Origin: an uncultured archaeon
GTDB lineage: Archaea > Asgardarchaeota > Lokiarchaeia > Sigyniarchaeales > SOKP01
NCBI GenBank assembly: GCA_964493715.1
Contig: CAZBPC010000020.1
Coordinates: forward strand, 1 to 46,148
Reading direction: 5' to 3'
DNA: 46,148 nt
The position numbers were made by a program, and so were the translations under genes. A model generated the notes under the pieces. The model had not been told where the DNA came from and did no database searches. It was given only the letters and a program-made list of their open reading frames with translations. Below, piece by piece: positions 9,452 to 18,673 of this stretch (the stretch's first letter is position 1; each line of letters begins with the position of its first letter).

Positions 9452-9522
9452 AAAATTTTTAGTCAAGAAAGAATTTCCTTCAAATATGGTGATGTCCTAT
9501 AAATATAGATGGGGAAAATCTA

Positions 9523-9819
9523 ATGGAGATGCTGGCTATTTCCAAAATTGGAGATCGAGCACTTAGTAAAATTGCCAGGTATAATCCAAATCTTATTGCA
9601 AACTTATCAAAAGAAGCTTACGATCTATATATTATTAGGAAACAAATATGCGAATATATTTTCTCTCTTGTTACAACTCAAGGCATGACCTTAGGTAAAA
9701 TAAAGAAAAATTTGCAAGAAGAAATAAATAAAGTGAAGGTTTTAAGTAAGAATGCAAATTCCGAAGAAGAGAGAGTATTTTTAAATTTAAAAATTGAAGA
9801 ATTAGGTGATTATCTTTAA
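9523..9819 (+). CDS. Hypothetical helical protein
   Basis: 98-aa ORF that fills the gap between genes. No recognisable motif. Confidence 0.65.
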   Translation: MEMLAISKIGDRALSKIARYNPNLIANLSKEAYDLYIIRKQICEYIFSLVTTQGMTLGKIKKNLQEEINKVKVLSKNANSEEERVFLNLKIEELGDYL

Positions 9820-9890
9820 TTTAAAACCTTAATTTAATATACTTTATTATTAATTTCTTCAATCAGATAGTGATAAGAGCGTGATTATTA

Positions 9891-10958
9891 ATGAAAAAAA
9901 CAATCGCAATTTCTAAAGGTGATGGAGTAGGTCCTGAAGTCGTTAATGAAGCTATAAAGCTCATGAAGACTATTGCTGATTATTCTGAATTTGATTTTTC
10001 CTTCCAAGAAGCTCCAGTAGGGGGAAATGTATGGAAAAAATATGGGACAAATCTTCCTGAGAAATCTTTTGAAACCATAAAAAATTCTGATGCATTATTG
10101 TTTGGAGCTGCTGGTTTACCTGACTTAGCTCCTGGGGTTGCAGAATCCGCTATATTAAAGATTAGACAAGATTTGGATCTTTACGTAAACCTTAGACCGG
10201 TTAAGTTATTTAATACATTACGTGACCGATGTCCTCTTAAAGAAGAATTTATTGGTGAAGGTATTGATATAACGTTTATCCGAGAAAACACAGAAGGCTT
10301 GTATGCTAATAAAGGTGCCATGTTAAATAATGATCAAGCTCAAAACCTGATGATCTATACACGTAAAGGATGTGAAAGAATAATAAAATATGCATTTGAA
10401 TATGCCAAACGCTTTAACCATAAAAAAGTAACTTCTGTTGATAAAGCAAATCTTTTAAGTCCCAGTAAACTATGGCGAAAAATATTCCACGAGATTGGAG
10501 ACGAATATCCAATCCTTCTAAAGGAAGACATTTATGTAGATGCTTTTTGTCAATGGTTAATTAGAGCTCCTTATAAATTTCAAACGGTTGTTACTGGTAA
10601 TTTGTTTGGAGATATTATCAGCGATGAAGGTGCATTTCTCATAGGGAGCTTAGGTATGGCATCAAGTGGTAACATTCATCCAGGTAAAGTATCAATGTAT
10701 GAACCGATTCATGGTTCTGCACCAGATATTGCAGGAAAAAATATTGCTAATCCGATTGGAGCTATTCTTAGTGTAAAACTAATGATGCAGGAATCCTTTC
10801 AATCAATTCAAATGGCTCAGGAAATTGAAAATTCAGTAAAAGAGGCACTATTAATCGGACGTACTATAGATATTAAAAAAGAGGGAATAAATACGTTGAG
10901 TACTTCTCAAATGGGTGATTTAATTTCGCAGAAAATTAAAATAAAACTAAAAAAATAG
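9891..10958 (+). CDS. leuB: 3-isopropylmalate dehydrogenase (beta-decarboxylating dehydrogenase family)
   Basis: GDGVGPEV, LYVNLRPV, RENTEGLY, VDKAN, NLFGDIISD, YEPIHGSAPDIAG, ANPIGAILS. Substrate specificity is inferred. Confidence 0.82.
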   Translation: MKKTIAISKGDGVGPEVVNEAIKLMKTIADYSEFDFSFQEAPVGGNVWKKYGTNLPEKSFETIKNSDALLFGAAGLPDLAPGVAESAILKIRQDLDLYVNLRPVKLFNTLRDRCPLKEEFIGEGIDITFIRENTEGLYANKGAMLNNDQAQNLMIYTRKGCERIIKYAFEYAKRFNHKKVTSVDKANLLSPSKLWRKIFHEIGDEYPILLKEDIYVDAFCQWLIRAPYKFQTVVTGNLFGDIISDEGAFLIGSLGMASSGNIHPGKVSMYEPIHGSAPDIAGKNIANPIGAILSVKLMMQESFQSIQMAQEIENSVKEALLIGRTIDIKKEGINTLSTSQMGDLISQKIKIKLKK

Positions 10959-10964
10959 TTTTTC

Positions 10965-12521
10965 CTATTTTAAGGCTTTTGTATTCACAATTGCATTTAG
11001 CATTAATTTTAGATAATTGTAGATTTGTGTCCTATAATCTTCGCCTATCTTTAGAAAAAGAACAGATATTAATTTGCTTTCTAAGTCACCTTCAATGTTA
11101 AATTCTTCCAGTAATTTCGACCATTGCTGATCATCAGATACCCTAATTCCAACAATTACTACACGCTTTTTCCTGATTTTCTGCATTATTTTAAGTAGGA
11201 TATCTTTCCATTCCGGTTCAATATGTTCTTTTTCTCTTGCATCAAATATAACGAATGCTGCATCTGAATTTGCTAAATTAAAATTTACATATAAGAAATT
11301 ATTTATTATCAACCCATTGTTAAAGGCATATAATCTTTCAATATTACTATCTTTAATTATAGAATAATCCCCTAACTGATCAAGTTCAGAGAATACTTGG
11401 AATCCTGGACTAAATGACATATCCTTGGTTATAAAAGATATTTCTAGTATGATAAGTAGTTTCAAAGTTTTATTTATTTCATCTACAAGCTGATTATTGA
11501 TAATTTCTTGTTCTTTTTGCTTGGTTCTCAGCAAGTAATGATAAGCAATTAATTTAAATGCATCTCCTACGTTCTCTCCATTTTTGGCGCTGGTCTCAAT
11601 ATATGATACTCCGTCAGGAGATAGATTATTAGCTAATTCAAGTCCTTCCTCACGAGTTACTGCACGCTGGTCTTTCAAATCTAATTTATTACCGACCAAA
11701 ATAACAGGAATTTCTCTATCTTCAATGAATTCGGTGAGTTCTTGATACCAAGTTTTAATATTCTCGAATGTAGAACGTTTTGTTAAGTCATAAACTATAA
11801 ATGCGGCTTCGGCTCCACTATAATATATCTTTCTAAAGCGTTTAAAAAAAACCTGTGCTCCTACGTCCCATAATGTTAAATTTAAACTGTTTCCTTGAAA
11901 TTCAAAAGAGTGTGCTAATACATTTAAACCTATCGTGGCCCTATAATCCGTGAGAAACTTATTTTCAACATATTTTCTTATGAGAGAAGTTTTTCCAACT
12001 TCATGATCCCCAACAATAATGAACTTAAATGTATAGGATCCTTTTTCCGGAGATTCATCGATTTGGCAAATTTGGTCTCTCAATTTATTATGTCTTTTTA
12101 CTTCTTCATCAAAATCAGGAATTGTAAGTTGAATCGAATCTCCAGCTTCAGCATTTAGAATTTGCGCCGCTTTCTCGGCGAGAAAGTAAGCATAGGGGGA
12201 GATTTTATCAATAGATGCCATACTTTTTAAAATTAAACTTAAAATCCTTTCACGGTCTATCGAAATGAATAGAAGCCGATATTCATTTGTATCAAAGCTT
12301 CCGGTTCCAAATTGTCTAAATGAGTATTCCTCTCTTATTCGAGACAAAATAGGATTAACTAATGTGGTTAATACAGAAACAAGTTCAATATCTATCCCTT
12401 CTCTTTTTTCTCCAGCTATTACCAAACCTTCAAAATCGGATACAATAATTGCTTCAACATCAACAAATTTCTCCAAAAACCTCCCGAATAATTCTATAAA
12501 AAGTTTATTTCTATTTATCAA
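10965..12521 (-). CDS. Roadblock/LC7 domain + Rab-like small GTPase + degenerate GTPase-like C-terminal domain (paralogue 2)
   Basis: N-terminal VEAIIVSDFEGLVIA. G1 GDHEVGKTS, G2 ATIG, G3 WDVGAQ, G4 NKLD, G5 ETSAK. Confidence 0.88.
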   Translation of the reverse strand: MINRNKLFIELFGRFLEKFVDVEAIIVSDFEGLVIAGEKREGIDIELVSVLTTLVNPILSRIREEYSFRQFGTGSFDTNEYRLLFISIDRERILSLILKSMASIDKISPYAYFLAEKAAQILNAEAGDSIQLTIPDFDEEVKRHNKLRDQICQIDESPEKGSYTFKFIIVGDHEVGKTSLIRKYVENKFLTDYRATIGLNVLAHSFEFQGNSLNLTLWDVGAQVFFKRFRKIYYSGAEAAFIVYDLTKRSTFENIKTWYQELTEFIEDREIPVILVGNKLDLKDQRAVTREEGLELANNLSPDGVSYIETSAKNGENVGDAFKLIAYHYLLRTKQKEQEIINNQLVDEINKTLKLLIILEISFITKDMSFSPGFQVFSELDQLGDYSIIKDSNIERLYAFNNGLIINNFLYVNFNLANSDAAFVIFDAREKEHIEPEWKDILLKIMQKIRKKRVVIVGIRVSDDQQWSKLLEEFNIEGDLESKLISVLFLKIGEDYRTQIYNYLKLMLNAIVNTKALK

Positions 12522-12643
12522 GATTCTACAACTTCGTTCTTGTCAATTTTGTATAGGTTATTCTATAATTATCTTATTAATAACACATTACATTTTTAAA
12601 TATGTAGATTAGGAGACATTAATTTAGCAAATTTTGAAAGAAA

Positions 12644-14209
12644 TTAGTTGTCTAGAATCGCACTCAACATAATTTGCATTTGATCATATATTTCCAAACG
12701 ATATTCCATTCCTATCTTGAAAAATAAAACTGAAACCATCTTTTTTTCCAAATACTGGTTAATTCCAAATTCTTCTATGATCTTGGACCAATCTGTTTTT
12801 TCAGATACTCTTATTCCAATTAATGCAACTTTATTTTCATTTAATTGAGCAATAATATTAAGTACTACTTCTCTCCATTTAGGATCAACTTCTTCTTTAT
12901 CTCTTGCATCGAAAATGACAAAAACTCCATCAGAATCAGAAACATCGAATGTGTCATAAATGAAATTCTTAATTATTAATCCATTGGAGTATTCATAAAA
13001 CCGATTTTCCTTATCATCTTTAATCTTTTCACATTCATTGAACTTATTAACCTCATTTAAAATCTGTAAACCAGGGCTCCAGAATGGGTTTTCGGTAATA
13101 AAAGATATTCTAAGTTTTTCTTGTTGTTTTAATAGACGGTTAATCTGGTTCATAAAATCTGTTTTTAATCTTTCTTCTTCTAAAGCTTTGCTTCTTATAA
13201 TATGGTGATATGCGATTAAGCTAAAAGCATCTTCAACATTATCACCATTTAGTGCACTCGTTTCAATATAAGAAAGTCCTCCATCATATACTTCGCTCGC
13301 TAATTCATTTACTAGTTTAATTGCAAATTGAAAATCAACTTCACGTTCCTCGGATAAATCAGATTTGTTTCCAACAATAACTATGGGGATTTCTCTTGAA
13401 CCAGTGAGTTGTTTCAATTCATTGAACCATTTTTTAACATTAATAAAGGATTCTTTATTTGTTAAGTCAAAGACTATAAAGCTGGCTTGTACTCCTTGAT
13501 AATAAGTTTTTCTAAAACGTTTAAAAACTTCTTGTGCTCCTACGTCCCAAAGTGAAAATATAACTTCATTACCATAAAATTCCAATTTGTGAGTAAGTAT
13601 ATTTAATCCAATAGTAGCACGATAATCTGTGGTAAACCTTTTCTCGACAAAACGGCGTATAATGCTTGTTTTTCCTACCATATGATCCCCAATAATAACA
13701 AATTTAAACCTATATTTTCCACCGGACTCTAAACGCATTTGATATATCTGTTCTTTAATTTTTGGTGAATCTGAAGATGTATCTGATTCAACCTGAAAAT
13801 TAGGGATGGAAACGTGAATCTTATCACCTTCACTTGAAAATAGAATTTGAGCTACTTTTTCTGCAAGGAAATATGCATAGGGAGAAATAGAATCAATTGA
13901 GCCGATGTTATTTAGAACAATACTTAAAGTAATATTTTCATCAATTGATATAAATAACAATCGGAATTGGTCAGTATCAAAGGAGCTAGCGTTCCTGAGC
14001 TTGAAAGCAAACTCTTCTCTAATGCGATCTAAAATTGGGTTGATTAATGCCGTAAGAACTGAAATTAATTCAAGATCTACGTTTTCTTTTTTCTCACCAG
14101 CAATAACAAATCCTTCTCTATCAGAGACAATTACAGCTTCTAAATCTGCGTCAATTTCTAAAAAATTTTTAAATAATGCTGAAAATAATTTTTCTTTGGG
14201 GATCGCCAT
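12644..14209 (-). CDS. Roadblock/LC7 domain + Rab-like small GTPase + degenerate GTPase-like C-terminal domain (paralogue 1)
   Basis: N-terminal LEAVIVSDREGFVIA. G1 GDHMVGKTS, G3 WDVGAQ, G4 NKSD, G5 ETSAL. Colinear with its neighbour. Confidence 0.88.
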   Translation of the reverse strand: MAIPKEKLFSALFKNFLEIDADLEAVIVSDREGFVIAGEKKENVDLELISVLTALINPILDRIREEFAFKLRNASSFDTDQFRLLFISIDENITLSIVLNNIGSIDSISPYAYFLAEKVAQILFSSEGDKIHVSIPNFQVESDTSSDSPKIKEQIYQMRLESGGKYRFKFVIIGDHMVGKTSIIRRFVEKRFTTDYRATIGLNILTHKLEFYGNEVIFSLWDVGAQEVFKRFRKTYYQGVQASFIVFDLTNKESFINVKKWFNELKQLTGSREIPIVIVGNKSDLSEEREVDFQFAIKLVNELASEVYDGGLSYIETSALNGDNVEDAFSLIAYHHIIRSKALEEERLKTDFMNQINRLLKQQEKLRISFITENPFWSPGLQILNEVNKFNECEKIKDDKENRFYEYSNGLIIKNFIYDTFDVSDSDGVFVIFDARDKEEVDPKWREVVLNIIAQLNENKVALIGIRVSEKTDWSKIIEEFGINQYLEKKMVSVLFFKIGMEYRLEIYDQMQIMLSAILDN

Positions 14210-14311
14210 AATTTATCGAATAAAATGAATTTATTAGAATGAATTTTTAAGATTATTGTAAGTCTAACAGTATTAATTTATTATAATTTATTAATAATTT
14301 TGCTGAGAAAA

Positions 14312-14890
14312 ATGGTTGATTCATGCATCATTTGTCACATGATGATTATTGACAGTCTTGATAAAAAAGAAACTTGCCCAAATGATCACCCCATTCACGG
14401 GAGTTGTTTAAGGGAATGGTTGACAAAATCAAACAACTGCCCCTTATGTAGTGAACCTTACGCCCCAGAAGTATTATTAAGATTCGAGGATTATGTTAAA
14501 CAAAAAAATCAAGAAAAAATAAATGAAATTGAAAGTCAAATTAAAACGGAGCAAATGGGCAAAGTCAATAAAGTAACGGATAAAGTAATTTTTCTAAAAA
14601 GTATAGAAAAAATAGAAAAATTAGTTGAAAATCAAGAATATAACCTAGCCCTAAACAAAGTAGAATCTTTGGGTGATTTTCCCTTAACAAGTTATAAAGG
14701 ACAACAAGTTATCTTCTTAAAAGGCAAAATAAATTTCTTAAGAGAACGTTTTGACTTAGCCATTAATCTACTTTTTCGATTAATGAAAGAAAATTTCGAT
14801 TTTCCAGAAGGATTTCTTTATTTAGGAAAATCCTATGAAGCACTTGGATTAACTGATAAAGCTAAGTGGGCATACGAGAGAGCAAAATAA
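14312..14890 (+). CDS. RING-H2 finger + coiled coil + TPR protein (putative E3 ubiquitin ligase)
   Basis: CIIC...CPNDHPIHGSCLREWL...CPLC is a C3H2C3 RING with the E2-contact Trp. C-terminal TPR (GFLYLGKSYEALG...AKWAYERA). ATG 14312 preferred over TTG 14300. Confidence 0.85.
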   Translation: MVDSCIICHMMIIDSLDKKETCPNDHPIHGSCLREWLTKSNNCPLCSEPYAPEVLLRFEDYVKQKNQEKINEIESQIKTEQMGKVNKVTDKVIFLKSIEKIEKLVENQEYNLALNKVESLGDFPLTSYKGQQVIFLKGKINFLRERFDLAINLLFRLMKENFDFPEGFLYLGKSYEALGLTDKAKWAYERAK

Positions 14891-14923
14891 TATAGTTAAA
14901 TACCTTATTACTTTATTTATATT

Positions 14924-16315
14924 ATGAAACCTATTTGTTTGACCATTGCTGGTTCAGATCCTACATCTGGAGCGGGGATTCAGGCAGACATAAGAACATT
15001 TGATAGAATTGGGGTACATCCTTTTTCTGTTATAACAGCTCTTACCTATCAAACCGCAACGGAATTCACAGGATATACTAGCTTATCAAACAGTTTGGAT
15101 CAACAATTAGAAGTTTTATTTGAATCTTATCCAATAAAAGTGGTAAAGGTAGGAATGATACCTGATAATAAAGTACTTGAAATCATAAAACATTACATCA
15201 AGACTTATGATTTAGACGTTGTTCTTGATCCAGTTTCAATTTCAAGTGTTGGAGAACGTTTGTCTAGCGAAGGTTTGGAATTAGAAATGGAGCGAGATTT
15301 ATTCCCTTTAGTTAATGTATTAACTCCAAATTTATCTGAAGCAAGTTATTTTTCAAATATTGATATATCATCCCTTCAAGATATCGAAGTTGTTAAAAAA
15401 GCGGGGAATTTATTGCTTGATATGTTAATGACAAAAGATGAATTGCCAAAAAAGGAAAAAGCCGTGATAATCAAAAGCATTCCCAATATTGATAATACAT
15501 TGATTGATCTCGCCTGCATGTACAATAAAATTGGATCAAATTATAAAAAATCCTTTCACATTTTTAACAAAAGAAAATTCAATTTACAAGGAAATGTACA
15601 TGGAACGGGATGTGTCTTTTCTTCTGCGATTGCTGCTTACCTCGCAAAAGGTTGTTCCCTTCAAAAGTCGATCGAAATGGCAGAAACCTTTTTTGATGAA
15701 AAATTTCAAAATTTTATTGAATTACCATTAGAGGGTAAAATATTAGATTTAACCGTATCTAAAGAAAAAGGTCAATTAATAAATCAAATAAAGGAAATTT
15801 ACAATTTTATATCAAATAGAAAAGAATTTTGTAAATTAATCCCTGAAGTAAGAATGAACATTTCAGGAGCTCTTCCGAATGCTAAGAATAAACAAGAAAT
15901 TGTAGGAATAGACGGCAGAATAACAATTGTAAATGGTTTTCCTCATAAATGTGGAGACATTAAATTTGGAGCTTCAGATCACACAGCACGATTAATACTT
16001 TCAGCTAAAGAATTTGATAAAACTATTAATTTTGTTATCAATTTAAAATTTGAACAAGAATGGATTCAATTGATTTCTAATCATACTGATTTAAGGCTTC
16101 AAGAAATTACTCGAGACGAACAACCCGAGGAAGTAAAAAAGAAAGAATTTTCAACAATGCAATGGCTAATTAAAAACAACATGGACAAGTATGGAAGGAT
16201 TCCAGATATAATCTGGGATGCGGGATCAATTGGAAAAGAACCGATTATCAGATTATTTGGAAGAAATGCTAATGAAATGATAGAAAAATTAAAGAAAATT
16301 ATTTCTGTGATATAA
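14924..16315 (+). CDS. thiDN: Bifunctional hydroxymethylpyrimidine kinase / thiamine-phosphate synthase ThiD-ThiN
   Basis: TIAGSDPTSGAGIQAD, VKVGM, LTPNLSEA and HGTGC. C-terminal ThiN domain LIPEVRMNI...GRIT...FGASDHTAR...GKEP. Confidence 0.9.
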   Translation: MKPICLTIAGSDPTSGAGIQADIRTFDRIGVHPFSVITALTYQTATEFTGYTSLSNSLDQQLEVLFESYPIKVVKVGMIPDNKVLEIIKHYIKTYDLDVVLDPVSISSVGERLSSEGLELEMERDLFPLVNVLTPNLSEASYFSNIDISSLQDIEVVKKAGNLLLDMLMTKDELPKKEKAVIIKSIPNIDNTLIDLACMYNKIGSNYKKSFHIFNKRKFNLQGNVHGTGCVFSSAIAAYLAKGCSLQKSIEMAETFFDEKFQNFIELPLEGKILDLTVSKEKGQLINQIKEIYNFISNRKEFCKLIPEVRMNISGALPNAKNKQEIVGIDGRITIVNGFPHKCGDIKFGASDHTARLILSAKEFDKTINFVINLKFEQEWIQLISNHTDLRLQEITRDEQPEEVKKKEFSTMQWLIKNNMDKYGRIPDIIWDAGSIGKEPIIRLFGRNANEMIEKLKKIISVI

Positions 16316-16322
16316 TTCCCCC

Positions 16323-16874
16323 TTATTTCAAAGTCCAACCAGATGCAATTTTATGAGCTAATAGGAGTTGTTCTGGAAGTCTAGAACGTATCGCAAATTT
16401 CTTTAAAAATTGAATTGCAGTTTTTTTCTCTATTCCTTTAGTATAAAAATAAACCGGTTTTTTGCCAATGGGAGTAATATAAGAATTTAATGTTCCAGCC
16501 CTATCTATGATAGCTTTTCTTTCTTCATAATTAGGTAAATTCTTTATAGCTTCTAAAAATTTACCTCTAGGACTATTTTCAGTAATCGCGATTACAGGTA
16601 TTTCTAATAGATTTGAAATCATTTCAATATCCAATACATTAAATCCACCAGTTGTTATACCATGTGTAAGGATAATTTGAAACTGTTCTTTAATAGTTTT
16701 TAAGTTTTTAATTATAATATCAGTAGAATTTAATCCATCTACATCGATTGAGGCATGATTAATCCGTTCTAATAAAGTACCACGACAGAAGACAAAAAAT
16801 AATTCAGTAGTAAGATTCTCTCTATCGTGTGGTGCATCATCGATTCCAACTGCAAAAATTCCATCTTTAATCAT
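16323..16874 (-). CDS. DUF99 family protein (endonuclease V-related fold)
   Basis: GIDD, VDGLNST, GITTGGFNVLD, PVIAI and RLPEQLLLAHKIASG. ATG 16874 is the likely start. Confidence 0.8.
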   Translation of the reverse strand: MIKDGIFAVGIDDAPHDRENLTTELFFVFCRGTLLERINHASIDVDGLNSTDIIIKNLKTIKEQFQIILTHGITTGGFNVLDIEMISNLLEIPVIAITENSPRGKFLEAIKNLPNYEERKAIIDRAGTLNSYITPIGKKPVYFYTKGIEKKTAIQFLKKFAIRSRLPEQLLLAHKIASGWTLK

Positions 16875-16955
16875 TCTAACAAATAGAAGATTATCTCGCA
16901 TAATATTTTTATATTTTGTCTTAAATCTAAGAAACATTCCTTAACAAAACTTGTT

Positions 16956-18269
16956 TTATATTAGTTTCTTTGATGCTTTTTTATCTAAAGCATCTTGTAA
17001 TATTTTGATAGCACAAAATTCACCACACATAGAGCAAACATCATCATCCATATTTCCATTTCTAAAATGAATCTCTCTAGATAAATCTGGGTCTATAGAC
17101 TGGCTGATCATTTCTTCCCAATTAAGATTTTTTCGAGCAATATCCATCTTATAATCCCAATTAGATGCTCTATCACCATATTTTGCTATGTTTACGGCAT
17201 GTGCTGCAATTTTTGATGCAATCACTCCTCGTTTTACTTCATCTATGTTTGGGAGTGCTAAATGTTCCGAAGGAGTAACGTAACAGAGATAATCAGCGCC
17301 CGCTAATCCTGCCATAACTCCACCTATCGCACTAACTATGTGATCATATCCAGGGGCGATATCAGTAACAAGAGGACCCAATACATAAAAAGGAGCACGA
17401 TCGCATAAAGATTTCATAATTTTTATGTTTCTCTCGATTTCATGGGCAGGAATATGTCCAGGACCTTCCACCATAACTTGGACGTTTTTATCCCATGCTC
17501 GCTTGACTAATTTAGAAATTTCAATTAATTCTTGGATTTGAGCATGATCTGTTGAGTCAAATATGCTCCCAGGTCTCATCCCATCTCCTAATGATAGCGT
17601 GAAATCATATTCTTTAGCCAATTCTAGTAAATAATCATATTGACTATTGAAGGGATTTTCTAATTCGTTTTCTAGTATCCATGCAGCAAGAAAGGTACCC
17701 CCTCTTGAAACAACTCCCATCATTCTAGGGTGTTCTTGTAAATACTTAACAATTTGTTTAGTAACCCCTACGTGTACTGTAAAAAAATCAACTCCTTCCT
17801 TTGCTTGCTCTTCAACCACACCAAACAGATCATCTTCATCAAAATTTATGATTGCACCCTTTCTCTCAAGAGCCCTTAATGCGGACTGATAAATGGGAAC
17901 TGTTCCAATTGGAACTTTAACTTCAGTTAAAATCCTTTTGCGAATGTTCCTTACATCTTCTTCTGTTACACCAGTGCTAAGATCCATAACAGTATCAGCT
18001 CCAAATTTTACTGCAATTTTAGCTTTTTCTAGTTCCTCTTTTATATCACAAACTCGCTTGCTTGAACCAATATTAGCATTAATCTTCACGAGCAACCCTT
18101 CTCCAATACCAACTGGATTCGTACCTCGCTGATTGGATTTCGGGATGATAATACGTCCGCTAGCAATTCCCTTCCTTATAAATTCGACATTTAATTGTTC
18201 ATTTTTCGCTACTATTTCCATTTCTTTGGTTATTTTACCGTCCTTAGCAAGTTTCATTATTGTAGGCAA
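16956..18269 (-). CDS. thiC: Phosphomethylpyrimidine synthase ThiC
   Basis: KINANIGSS, GADTVMDLST, IGTVPIYQ, SRGG, SLGDGMRPG, QVMVEGPGH, CYVTPSEHL and CSMCGEFC. Confidence 0.96.
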   Translation of the reverse strand: MPTIMKLAKDGKITKEMEIVAKNEQLNVEFIRKGIASGRIIIPKSNQRGTNPVGIGEGLLVKINANIGSSKRVCDIKEELEKAKIAVKFGADTVMDLSTGVTEEDVRNIRKRILTEVKVPIGTVPIYQSALRALERKGAIINFDEDDLFGVVEEQAKEGVDFFTVHVGVTKQIVKYLQEHPRMMGVVSRGGTFLAAWILENELENPFNSQYDYLLELAKEYDFTLSLGDGMRPGSIFDSTDHAQIQELIEISKLVKRAWDKNVQVMVEGPGHIPAHEIERNIKIMKSLCDRAPFYVLGPLVTDIAPGYDHIVSAIGGVMAGLAGADYLCYVTPSEHLALPNIDEVKRGVIASKIAAHAVNIAKYGDRASNWDYKMDIARKNLNWEEMISQSIDPDLSREIHFRNGNMDDDVCSMCGEFCAIKILQDALDKKASKKLI

Positions 18270-18408
18270 ATCTTCGAACCTTCCCTAATTGTACACTTAT
18301 ATGATTTAGTTCTATTGCTAAATAATACAATTTGAATTATATTCTTTTGTTTATTAAAAAATAAGAGATTTGAATATATTTTATTAATTTATTTTTGAAC
18401 TCTATGCT

Positions 18409-18560
18409 TATGGTGCTGTAATATTAATAATCTTATATGCTTCCGTAAAGGCGAATATAACTTCAACCTTATATCGTAACTTATTGACTTTGTATGCCAT
18501 AAATAAATTTTGTTTTATCGTGTATTCCAATGGTTCTTTTTCCTTGCTTTCACATTATTG
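18409..18560 (-). pseudogene. Possible degraded IS5-like transposase C-terminal fragment
   Basis: Across frames the minus strand reads KARKKNH / PLEYTIKQNLF...NKLRYKVEVIFAF, similar to the RxxVExxF motif of IS5-family DDE transposases. It is short and frameshifted. Confidence 0.25.
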
Positions 18561-18673
18561 TCAAAACTATAGGTTAAAACATGAAATTCCTCACTGCTTG
18601 AAATTCCAATAGCTTTCTTTTAACCTTTTTTAATAGGTAGATTTTTTAAGAATTGCTTATTTTTAATCTTACA

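Noticed and set aside
18270-18420. TPP riboswitch upstream of thiC
   Set aside because: No CUGAGA core or GC-rich stems; the leader is almost all A/T.
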